From positions 60,001 through 92,000 of the forward strand of contig JAPZAR010000010.1 of the NCBI GenBank assembly GCA_027460535.1: a stretch of DNA of 32,000 nucleotides, in the 5' to 3' direction. The DNA is from Candidatus Methanoperedens sp. GTDB lineage: Archaea; Halobacteriota; Methanosarcinia; Methanosarcinales; Methanoperedenaceae. Below the pieces are notes generated by a model that saw only the letters and a list, made by a program, of their open reading frames with translations, ran no database searches and had not been told where the DNA came from. The position numbers and the translations under genes were made by a program. Positions 1 through 9,300 of this stretch are shown here, one piece after another (within the stretch, counting starts at the first letter, position 1; each line of letters opens with the position of its first letter).

Positions 1-147
1 ATATGTCACGGTTCATGGGCAAAAGACAAGGTTTATGCAGGCAACTCTGCCTCTTCTCCATCGAACAATTCTCAAAAGAACCTCGAAAAATTCACCATAT
101 TCGATCTTATAAAAAACTTATTTAATGCTATATTTGGAATGATATAA
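1..147 (+). CDS. C-terminal fragment of an upstream ORF (possible c-type cytochrome tail)
   Basis: Frame +1 is open from the window edge to TAA at 145-147. Translation begins ICHGSWAKDK, so the edge may cut through a CxxCH heme motif. Hydrophobic tail FTIFDLIKNLFNAIFGMI. Only 48 codons are visible. Confidence 0.35.
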   Translation: MCHGSWAKDKVYAGNSASSPSNNSQKNLEKFTIFDLIKNLFNAIFGMI

Positions 148-165
148 ATGCACCAGGAAAAAAAC

Positions 166-173
166 TTTAAATA
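166..173 (+). promoter_or_regulatory. candidate archaeal TATA box upstream of the cytochrome operon
   Basis: TTTAAATA at 166-173 matches the archaeal TATA consensus TTTAWATA. It is preceded by purine-rich AGGAAAAAAA (BRE-like). An AGGAG-like element lies about 10 nt before ATG 223. Confidence 0.35.
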
Positions 174-222
174 CAAAATTTTACTGCTGATACTTTCAGT
201 ATATGGATAGGAGCGAATGTAA

Positions 223-684
223 ATGGATAAGAAAAAAATCTTAAAATACACAGTGGTAGTGCTGTTGATACTTTCGGTATCAGGGTATTACCTATACCAG
301 CATGCTTTAGATATCGGCCTGGAAAAACCAGCACTTGTACTGACGGTCTCTACGAATCTGACAGATAAGGGTACCCCAATAATCAACAATGTCACATTCG
401 AGGAATCCAGTGTGATGTTCTTCTATAAGAGAGCGGATACGCCTGCGAATTTCCCGGAAATAGACGCTAACGCCCGAATCAATAAGCTTGCCGCAATTCC
501 TGCGAGCTTTTGGGCTTCAATTCATCGCCCAAGCGAAGGCGTGTATACCCTGAGGATGTTCTTCAGGGACGGTATGGAACCTAAAAAAGGCGATGTCCTG
601 ATCATACCGATCCGCCTTGTAAGCCATACGGGAGCCATCCAGTACAAAACAACAGCTTTCTATTGCTGGAGTTGTGAGGAATGA
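223..684 (+). CDS. small N-terminally anchored protein of unknown family, C-terminal CxxC
   Basis: 153-aa ORF with a Lys-rich N-terminus followed by a hydrophobic helix (YTVVVLLILSVSGYYLY). It ends FYCWSCEE. The stop lies 2 nt before the next ATG, consistent with operon packing. Confidence 0.6.
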   Translation: MDKKKILKYTVVVLLILSVSGYYLYQHALDIGLEKPALVLTVSTNLTDKGTPIINNVTFEESSVMFFYKRADTPANFPEIDANARINKLAAIPASFWASIHRPSEGVYTLRMFFRDGMEPKKGDVLIIPIRLVSHTGAIQYKTTAFYCWSCEE

Positions 685-685
685 G

Positions 686-1645
686 ATGAAACTGATGTGG
701 GTATTGCTTGCGCTGGGCGGGATTTCATTATGGGTTATTCCCAATACCCTTTCCCTCTTCAGCGGAGGGCATGCCTACTATAACATTGATGCCAATGGTT
801 CACAGGTCCCATGCCAGAAATGCCATGGGGATATCCAGATAGAGATCCATACGGGCTCCATACATTCCAATTTTACATGTGCCGACTGCCACCGCGTCCA
901 GAATGGCGTACAGTACGCAAGCGGCGACGATGCATACGAGCGGCTCATATATATCAACGTGACCGGGCCGACGAACATAGGGAACAGGGTTCTTGCAACA
1001 ACGCTGGGGAATTTCCAGAGAGGTAATTTCCCAAAATCAATAATCGGTGAAACTATGATCGACCAGTGGGCAGTCTCCGGAAATGACGAGGTGCAGTTCC
1101 GGGATGCAAATAATCAATATGCTGGCGCCATGACACCCGGCGAAACAGGCATATTATACAACTACGCATATGCAGAAGAGATAAGCACGTATTTTAATGG
1201 AACACCAAAAGACACAGACCTTTTCACCCAACAAAATATGCTTGACCCAAGATTGATTACTGTGAACCCGAACCGTTTGGGTTCGGACGATCTCATAGGC
1301 GCGGGGTCCAGAGTGGTTACACCCGGGACATTGGCCCATGCAGCATCGACTATCCTGTGCGAAGAGTGTCACTCAGATTATCTGGCCAAAATGCCTGACA
1401 ATATACATGAAGCTTTCATCAAGTATGGTATGGAACACGATACAAACGAAAACTGCATCGCATGCCACACTTCAACAGCCGTATCAATTAACTGGACCCG
1501 TCCGAGCACACTGGGCATTGAAACAGGCTCTGATGGCTACAATATCACAATCAAGAAGACCTACTCGGCTTTCAATGAAAAACTTGAAACTTTTGGAAAT
1601 AAGGAAGGTAATGTTTTCGCAGTATCGAATGTGACAATAATATAA
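686..1645 (+). CDS. tetraheme c-type cytochrome, exported
   Basis: Four CxxCH motifs: CQKCH (812-826), CADCH, CEECH, CIACH. There is an N-terminal hydrophobic segment and about 7 N-x-S/T sequons. Two N-terminal and two C-terminal hemes are separated by a ~155-aa heme-free insert. The ORF track starts at GTG 674. ATG 686 (MKLMWVLL) is preferred because it lies 2 nt after the upstream stop with GAGGA just upstream. Confidence 0.85.
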   Translation: MKLMWVLLALGGISLWVIPNTLSLFSGGHAYYNIDANGSQVPCQKCHGDIQIEIHTGSIHSNFTCADCHRVQNGVQYASGDDAYERLIYINVTGPTNIGNRVLATTLGNFQRGNFPKSIIGETMIDQWAVSGNDEVQFRDANNQYAGAMTPGETGILYNYAYAEEISTYFNGTPKDTDLFTQQNMLDPRLITVNPNRLGSDDLIGAGSRVVTPGTLAHAASTILCEECHSDYLAKMPDNIHEAFIKYGMEHDTNENCIACHTSTAVSINWTRPSTLGIETGSDGYNITIKKTYSAFNEKLETFGNKEGNVFAVSNVTII

Positions 1646-1706
1646 ATATTCAAGTGCTAATTATTTAAAAAATGTATAATAATAGAAATAAATTGTGTTC
1701 GATTGT

Positions 1707-3173
1707 ATGAAAAGAATTATCGTATTAATATTCACGCTAATGCTATTGTCGCAGACCGCATCAGCTCTGGGCGAGTTCAGGTTTGATTTTGCAACTTCGG
1801 TCGCTGGGGTTAGTAACTACACAAAGCACTGGTCAAATACCTATCCTCCCGATCCAAAAGCGGACATTATAATTTATTCAGCGGCCTATAATATGTCCTA
1901 CAAACGCATATCAGCTGTCACGTTCCTCTATACCGTCTATGATCCGTATGACAATGTCGTGAGCGTGCAAACGATAGACTCTTTCAAGCGCGGTTATGAC
2001 CCGAATGTGGTTTATTATAATCTGCATCCCGGATCCGACTGGATAGAGGGGATATATAAACTCAACATCGTTGTGTACGACAGGATCGACCGTGAGGCAT
2101 ACGATGAGAAGATCACCAAAGATCCTTTTGGTATTGGCATGAATCCTGATGCGTATAAAACATTCTATGAGACGGGTGCTAATGCGCAAGATATGGGCAT
2201 TCTTCTGGGTCGAGGGAATCCGGTAGCTCAGGCGGTACTTAATTTCAAAATAGACAAATCGGTCACTATCTATCCACCGGACAGGTTCCTCCTTCATGAT
2301 GTGAGGTTCGTCGATGACAACAATGAGCGTATACTCGGTGAGAAACTCAACATAGAGGTAAAGCTCGATAATAATTACAAAGATGAGGGTACTGTCAAAC
2401 TGGCAATGCTGGTGGATAATAATCTTGTTTCCACGCAGGAAGTCACGGCTAAAGGACAAACAACCACAACGGTCAACTTCGATGCCAAAGCAGGTAAGGT
2501 CGGCACCTTCAAATTACACTTCGGGGCAGATACTCCTGATGTAAAATATCAGAACGCGGAGTTAACCTTCACAATCAAGAACGAGACAGATACAACCAGG
2601 TTGGATACCCCCAGGATCACCATTACAGGAATGAACGTTAACAAAGAGTTCGTACCTATTGGTGAAAACGTAATTGTATCTGTAGGCGCGATAAATAACG
2701 GTCAAGCCGGAAGCAAAACGATTACCGTTTATTCGAATAAAGTACCCGTTGGATCGGCGCAATTGCAGCTCCAGAGTCTTGAAGAAAAAACAGTAGAGAT
2801 CCCCATAGATTTGAAAAACATGGGGATAAATAAGATCACCGTATCGGATGCGCCTCAACTTTTCAGGAACGTATTCGTGCAGGAGGCAGACGCATCGGCG
2901 ATTAAGGGGAATCAAGTCCTAAACCGGGTTACTGAAAGCCCCTTGAAAGTTTCGATGGTAGTTGTGTTCCTTGTTTTTGCAGGGACCCTTTACTATATGA
3001 GGAATAAGTTAAAGGAAGAAGAATCCCCGCCGAAAATCCCCGTCGAAGCGGTTAAGGAAAATCATCCAAGCAAAGTGGTTTTAGATGACACGATAATGAA
3101 AAGAGCGTCCTATTTGAGAGAGAAGCTGTCTGACAGGATGAGGGCAGTAATGAAAAATAAACCGCGCCCCTGA
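1707..3173 (+). CDS. exported type-I membrane protein with CARDB/Ig-like beta-sandwich repeats
   Basis: Signal peptide MKRIIVLIFTLMLLSQTASALGEF. Two segments resemble CARDB domains (GEKLNIEVKLDNNYKDEGTVKLAMLVDNN...; GENVIVSVGAINNGQAGSKTITVYSNKVPVG...). A C-terminal TM helix (VSMVVVFLVFAGTLYYM) is followed by a charged ~60-aa tail. The ORF track starts at GTG 1695, but ATG 1707 fits the signal peptide better. Confidence 0.7.
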   Translation: MKRIIVLIFTLMLLSQTASALGEFRFDFATSVAGVSNYTKHWSNTYPPDPKADIIIYSAAYNMSYKRISAVTFLYTVYDPYDNVVSVQTIDSFKRGYDPNVVYYNLHPGSDWIEGIYKLNIVVYDRIDREAYDEKITKDPFGIGMNPDAYKTFYETGANAQDMGILLGRGNPVAQAVLNFKIDKSVTIYPPDRFLLHDVRFVDDNNERILGEKLNIEVKLDNNYKDEGTVKLAMLVDNNLVSTQEVTAKGQTTTTVNFDAKAGKVGTFKLHFGADTPDVKYQNAELTFTIKNETDTTRLDTPRITITGMNVNKEFVPIGENVIVSVGAINNGQAGSKTITVYSNKVPVGSAQLQLQSLEEKTVEIPIDLKNMGINKITVSDAPQLFRNVFVQEADASAIKGNQVLNRVTESPLKVSMVVVFLVFAGTLYYMRNKLKEEESPPKIPVEAVKENHPSKVVLDDTIMKRASYLREKLSDRMRAVMKNKPRP

Positions 3174-3179
3174 CCCGAT

Positions 3180-3866
3180 ATGAAAGAAATAGACTATACA
3201 ATACCCCTGATCGTTTCATTGATTAGCTTAGTATTGCTTTCGGTCTTTTACCTCTACAAAACAGAAAACGGTACATTGATGCGCATATTTTCATCCTGGG
3301 TCATGAAGACAAGATACAGTCCTGCCAAGTACCAGAAAGATACACGCGGGCAGGATTCTATTCTGCTGGTTGTATTGACCATATTGATCTTTGCATTTGC
3401 TCTGAAAATTATCTCTTTTGCTGTGGTCATATCGGATTCCATGCGACCAGAGTTCCAAAGAGGCGATATCGTCCTTACTCAAACCATATTCAAAGATCCC
3501 CAGAAAGGAGATATTGTCACCTTCAAGGCAAGCGGCGTCCAGAATCCCATCACCCACAGGGTTGTTAATGTTCAGCAGGATATCGTGACAACGAAAGGTG
3601 ATAATAATCCTCTTGTCGATGATTATGGGACTACCAGGCAAGACGTTCTTGCAAAAGCCGTCGTAGTGGGCAGTCATCCTCTCGTGATAAAGGGTGTAGG
3701 TTCTTTATTCATTCTGGACTTTTCCAAAGAAGGTAAACTCAATAAATTCGGCGACCAGTTCACCTTCCTCCAGCAGGTGTTTGTAACTATAAGAACATGG
3801 GGATACGTCATTACAATAATAGCCTTCAGTGCGTTGATAATGTCTATGATGGGGAGTAAGAGATGA
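3180..3866 (+). CDS. signal peptidase I, Sec11/SipW type (S26B, Ser-His)
   Basis: All S26B boxes are present: VVISDSMRPEFQRGDIVL (catalytic Ser box), ITHRVV (His box), TKGDNNPLVDD (GDNN box). TM helices flank the catalytic domain. The stop overlaps the next start (ATGA at 3863-3866). Confidence 0.85.
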   Translation: MKEIDYTIPLIVSLISLVLLSVFYLYKTENGTLMRIFSSWVMKTRYSPAKYQKDTRGQDSILLVVLTILIFAFALKIISFAVVISDSMRPEFQRGDIVLTQTIFKDPQKGDIVTFKASGVQNPITHRVVNVQQDIVTTKGDNNPLVDDYGTTRQDVLAKAVVVGSHPLVIKGVGSLFILDFSKEGKLNKFGDQFTFLQQVFVTIRTWGYVITIIAFSALIMSMMGSKR

Positions 3867-4747
3867 ACCGGAAATTATACTTGCTGGTGATACTGGCAAT
3901 TATTATAACCACATTGAGCCAGACATTTTCCTTTATTAGCGGAGACCATCAGTTCTACGAGACAGTACAGGATAAATGCGTGAAATGCCACGGCGATATC
4001 AAAGTCCAGTTATCCACATCAGCCAACCATTCGCAATTCTCCTGCACGAGCTGCCATACCCAGTCGGCAACTAACCATACAAATACGGTACCTAAGTGCG
4101 AATATTGCCATACGATCACGCAATTGAATGATACGCTTGAAGCACACCCTGATTTCTTGTCTCTGGGTTCACAAGGCTGCATAGCCTGCCACACAACCTA
4201 CAACGTTCTTGTGAACTATTCCCGGCCGGAGTATATTGACTATGACATTACAAGCGATAATGGAAATTGGATTGTCTCTAATTTTACGACAATTGGAACG
4301 CTGAACCTTTCTTATAACACATTGAGACAGGGCGGGACCCATAACGAGAAAAGTGTATCATGCAAAGACTGCCATAAAGACATCTTCGATTCGATTTCCG
4401 TGAAAGGTCATGCGGTAGTCCTTGATAAGAATGGGATGCAAGTGCCCAGTCATAGTACGAGCAACTCCCCGAACCTGGAAGAATGGTGCCTGACCTGCCA
4501 TAGCCCGAATGATACCAGGTTCCCAACACAGCAGCATGCTGCGCGCAAAACCACGTGTGACGAATGCCATGAAGCTTATAATTTAGCGCCCCATCCCGGC
4601 AATTTCTATGCAAATATCAAGACAGTTCCGCATTTATATCGGAGCCTCGTTTGCATATCATGTAAATCTGTGGGATGGCAGGTACCCAACGCAACTTTAC
4701 ATTTCAAGGTGCGTGAAGAGCCTTATTTCGACGTGGTGGTGACATAG
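3863..4747 (+). CDS. heptaheme c-type cytochrome, exported (plus one CxxCK)
   Basis: Seven CxxCH motifs: CVKCH, CTSCH, CEYCH, CIACH, CKDCH, CLTCH, CDECH. One additional CISCK lies at 4652-4666. There is an N-terminal hydrophobic segment and at least 8 N-x-S/T sequons. The N-terminal diheme module is homologous to that of the tetraheme protein. Confidence 0.85.
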   Translation: MNRKLYLLVILAIIITTLSQTFSFISGDHQFYETVQDKCVKCHGDIKVQLSTSANHSQFSCTSCHTQSATNHTNTVPKCEYCHTITQLNDTLEAHPDFLSLGSQGCIACHTTYNVLVNYSRPEYIDYDITSDNGNWIVSNFTTIGTLNLSYNTLRQGGTHNEKSVSCKDCHKDIFDSISVKGHAVVLDKNGMQVPSHSTSNSPNLEEWCLTCHSPNDTRFPTQQHAARKTTCDECHEAYNLAPHPGNFYANIKTVPHLYRSLVCISCKSVGWQVPNATLHFKVREEPYFDVVVT

Positions 4748-4748
4748 A

Positions 4749-5630
4749 ATGAAAGATAAAATTGCGGTTTTTAGCGCCATTCTGTTGGGCCTGGTCGTAG
4801 GATTATTCGCCACCATATCGCTCATAATCGATGCGTTCATTGTTGATAACTTATTAGGAACGATCATAGATCTCATAGTAATAGGTTTTTCTTACATGAC
4901 AGCCTGGATTGGTATCCGGTATGTCCTGATGGAGAAAATTGCGCGGGATAAAATGGACCGGGAATGGGATTATAAAATACAGCCACTGGCCAATCTGATG
5001 ACTGACACGATCGGACGTTTTAATGCGATGGAACTTGAAATCATGAAGACCAATCGCAAAGTGGAAACAGCTCTTGATTATGTGACAAAAATGCAGGATA
5101 TGGATGCCTCATCTGTTTATATTCTTCCGGGTGCATCCTTTAAATTCATAACCAAAGTCCTTGTGCTGATAATCTTTACGTTCTCGGCATTGATTTATGT
5201 GGCCCAATATCCTCTGGGATTTGTTCATTACTTCATTCTGGTCATCTACTTATTATGGTGGGCACTATTCACTTCAGAATATCATCTCTTTGATAACAAA
5301 ACAGCGTGGATATGGGCTCTGGCACCCATAATGATTATTCCGGTCGGGGGAATTATCCTTGATGCCACACTTGGAATAAACAACATGGTTGGCATACTCT
5401 TCTTCTTCATGTTCATCTACGCTTATTCCTATTACACGTGGACGACGTCAGTGACCATTGGATTCAAACTCTTCGACATCCAAAAGATCAAGGATTATTT
5501 GATCAAGAAGATCGAATCTGAGATACAGCAGGAGAAGGTGGAGCGGAAGATAAACAGGAAATGGATCGATGTAGGGATTCTTGCATCTATTGTGATCGCG
5601 GGAGCGGTTGCAGTATGGATCTTTCTGTAA
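4749..5630 (+). CDS. polytopic membrane protein (about 7 TM), unknown family
   Basis: 293-aa ORF starting 2 nt after the cytochrome stop. Hydrophobic helices are visible by eye (2 N-terminal, 4 central, 1 C-terminal). Two charged, probably helical soluble segments separate them. Confidence 0.65.
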   Translation: MKDKIAVFSAILLGLVVGLFATISLIIDAFIVDNLLGTIIDLIVIGFSYMTAWIGIRYVLMEKIARDKMDREWDYKIQPLANLMTDTIGRFNAMELEIMKTNRKVETALDYVTKMQDMDASSVYILPGASFKFITKVLVLIIFTFSALIYVAQYPLGFVHYFILVIYLLWWALFTSEYHLFDNKTAWIWALAPIMIIPVGGIILDATLGINNMVGILFFFMFIYAYSYYTWTTSVTIGFKLFDIQKIKDYLIKKIESEIQQEKVERKINRKWIDVGILASIVIAGAVAVWIFL

Positions 5631-6011
5631 TGGCTGGCATAGACAAATATCACGAAACTATTTCATAAACGGGTTGCTACGCCAGACCCCCGGATGCGTC
5701 GCTTTCAGCAGGCATATTGCTCTTTTCATTGTTACATATCCGGGTTCAACAGTAGCTCAAGGAGAATATCACTAGGCAGATTTGGATGCATTTTGTCACA
5801 TAGATGAATTTAATATGGCGATGATGGATGGTGGTTCAAGACCTTTTTAATAAGCTTGTCATCAGCACTTGTTCTTAAATCACTGGAAGCCATACGGGAA
5901 TCAGGAAATCAGGAGTGCATATTTAAGTCAAGTGATAGCCCTTAAAGATTAAGAATCCTGGCAGAGGATTCGTTAGCCGAAATTGCTATTATAACCAGAC
6001 TCAAATCAAAT

Positions 6012-6047
6012 CCCGGTTCTTTCACCGTTCCCGGTTCTTTCACTGTT
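6012..6047. repeat. 18-bp tandem duplication in a long intergenic region
   Basis: CCCGGTTCTTTCACCGTT (6012-6029) is followed directly by CCCGGTTCTTTCACTGTT (6030-6047), with 1 mismatch. Confidence 0.8.
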
Positions 6048-6332
6048 TCCATTTCAATTTCTGCGCCTATGCTTGCTGATGGTTCTGGTGATATATATTT
6101 GCGACTGTACACGAAATCCACATATGACAGATAGTTTCATTGCTGAGTGAATAGAAGAACAAAAGGTAGATTAATATTCAGGTTAATATAATGGCTGGCT
6201 GCTCTGAGGTATATGGTGACAGGGCATGCGATAAGATTGAGGATGGAAAAATGTTAAATGCAAATCTATCGGTGCATGAGGAGCGATAGTATGAATCGAC
6301 CAAACGCTCTTCCGATCAGACAGGAACCAAAA

Positions 6333-9300
6333 ATGAAAAGCTTTCAACTGATCTGGAAAGTGTTTCTGTTCATCGGCGCTTTGCTTGTAATAATGCTTCC
6401 TTCAGGTATTGCTGGAAGCATCGCTGCAGCCCAAAATCAGGATGTGGTGTATGACGATAAGATTGCTGAGCAATGGGCTAATGGCACATGGGACTGCGCC
6501 AGCGGCGGTTCGCCTGAATATAATCTCTCGCAATCTGAGGTTGTCCACAGCGGCAACTACGCCATCGAGGTCAACCATTCCAGCCCTTACTGTCAAGGTG
6601 GATGGGGCGCCCTTGATTTAGATAGAAGAAATGAACAATGGACTGCTCTCTACTGGATGTATCCCAATCAGTATAAGAACCTCTCCTTCTACTTCAATCC
6701 CGGACACAGCCTCGATAATCTGGGTGCACTGAGCATCACTGCAGACAACGGCTATACTGTGAGGTTAATAGACTACATCAATGGAACAGCAAGTCCAGAT
6801 ACCTGGTATCACATCAATATCCCCCTTGAAGATTTCAATCGGGGAAACAAGTTTTTCAGGATTGTTTTCTGGTTTACCTCATCTGGCAATCTCCACTACT
6901 ATCTCGATGATATCTCCCTGGAATGGATAGATGACCCGAATCCGCCTCTGATTTCCAATGTATCGGTCACAAATATTACCTGGAAAAGCGCTGAGGTCAG
7001 ATGGCAGACTGATGAATATACCAATTCTACCCTTTACTCTGTCGCAGGGGATAACAATTTTTCTTATGAAGAGACGGACTATACCAGAGAGCATAAGATC
7101 ATACTAACAAATCTTACCCCAAGTACCACCTATCGTGTCCACATCATTTCCAGGGATCACCAGGCCAATGCTTCTGTCTCTGCGAACATTGCAGAGAATT
7201 ATAGTGAATTTACCACCGCCCCTCCGGATGTAATACCTCCAGTGATAAGCAATGTGTGGGTTTCAGATATTAAATCAGATCGTGCATCAATTTACTGGAC
7301 GACCGACGAACCTGCAGATTCAAGAGTTTATTATGGTGAAAATAATTATAGCGCCAATAAGACAGATGACAGCCTTACCACCAGCCATCGCGTTGTTATA
7401 ACTGGACTCAAACTGCTGAATTCGTATCAATATAAGGTAGCTTCCCAGGATGAATCAAGGAACCTCGCTGCTTATGAAGAAACTCCACCGATGAATTTCA
7501 CAACCACCGCTTATCCAGCAGCCACGCTGCAGGTAAATGCTGCCAATAAGACCCGTCCATTCAGCAGGAATATCCTGGGGGCTGGTCTTGGCAACTGGGC
7601 TTTTTGGTGGGGAAGACCATATCCAAATGATTCGCTAAAATTGCGGGAGCTGACCAAACTTATCAAACCGGGAGTTTTGAGATATGCAGGAGGTCTTGCG
7701 TCCAACAGTGTCACCTGGGACAGGAATAACACGCAACATTACGCGGCGGGATTTTACGATAAGAATGGCGTATTAACCTGGGGCCAACGCCAATACTATA
7801 ATCCTGGGGATCCTTTAACGGTCGGATATGACCGCTGCAATGGTACAACGCCCATCAGGGTAGAAAATGCCTACGATAAGGGTTACCAGAAAGATGAGAT
7901 CGATGCCTTGGCAGCCTTTGCAAAATACGTGGGGGCAGATGTAATGATTGAAGTAGATATTAGCACCTGTGACCCTGAACTCTGGGCTGATATGCTTAAC
8001 TACACAAATGTTGAGAATAATTATAATTTCAAATACTGGGAACTTGGGAATGAACTGGATCTTGAGAAAGCAGCTGGAAAACCCGTGCCTTTTGGTTCGG
8101 AATATGTTTCCAGGTTTAAGAAATACTCCAAGGCATTAAAGGCCGTGGATAATAGCATTCTCATCACTGGTCCGACCACGGCATCGTATTATAATGAATC
8201 TTACTTCCGGGCATACATAGATTTCATCGATCCCCTTACATTGGATCCGGAAATCCAGCAGAACAAATCCCTGGATGTTCTAAGTTATCACTATTACCCG
8301 CTATGGAACCATGACGGAGGTGTGAAAAGTTATGAGGATATGTTTGCCTTTGACTCTCGTAAGGAAATGGATTCCGACGCAAGGGACAAGAGGGAACTTT
8401 TGGATAATCGCAATCTTACAAATACCAGGATCGCTATCTCGGAGTTCAATTCCATGGCAGCCGATCTGGCAACCTCTTATACATTTAACCATGCCAATGC
8501 TCTCTATATGGCTGATACACTGGCAAGGCAGGCAAATAGCGGCGCAGATATGATCATGCACTGGGAACTTTATGATCAGCCCTACGACTCTACAGGAAAA
8601 TTAGATACAAGTTACGGGCTGCTCAATTACAATGGATCCTCTATCAGCATAGGTTACCCGCCGTCAAGAGAAATAACTATAGAAGACAAGTTCTTCCCCA
8701 TGCCTGTTTATTACACGTATTTCATGTATGCCCAGTTTTTTGGAGACATGCTGGTGCGATCCTCCAGTTCCATGGAGGATAACCTCTCGATCTGGGCAAG
8801 TACTGATTCCGCCCAGCCAAATACCTTAAAACTGATGGTCGTCAATCTGGCTGACGAATCTGTTAATGCCACCTTAAACTTAAGTGGTTTTCACCAGACA
8901 GGCGGCAGATACTTCGAGATGACTAACGATGACTTTGTGACTGCTCCAGATAAAGCAAAGGTTTTTGGTGGAACGAAAATCAACGGTCTGGAAATTAACA
9001 GCAGTTCTGCACAGAGCATTATCGACTCGGCACAAAGGATCATTGATTCTGGTAGACCTGTGAGCGACATGGGAAATTCTTTCAACCATGTTTTCCCGGC
9101 CTATTCTGCCACTGTCATCGTGCTTAACACTACTGCTTCACAAATCCAGGGTGTCACAAATCTCAGCAATGTAAGCTATGCCAGCAATTATATCAACTGG
9201 ACATGGACTGACCCTGCAGACCCGGATTTCGATAAAGTAATGGTATATCTTAATGGAAATTTCCAGAGGAATGTAACCAAAGGTACGCAGTATTACAATG

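Noticed and set aside
686-760. The cytochrome N-termini as class III (type IV pilin-like) signal peptides processed by a prepilin peptidase.
   Set aside because: There is no [KR]-[GA] cleavage junction before the hydrophobic stretch. The conserved motif lies after the helix, and the co-encoded peptidase is type I (S26), not an aspartic prepilin peptidase.
5990-6130. Minus-strand mini-ORF tail EPGFDLSLVIIAISA... as a functional PGF-CTERM protein.
   Set aside because: It has only about 50 codons and no signal peptide or body domain. The tail lacks the terminal basic cluster, so it is at best a gene remnant.
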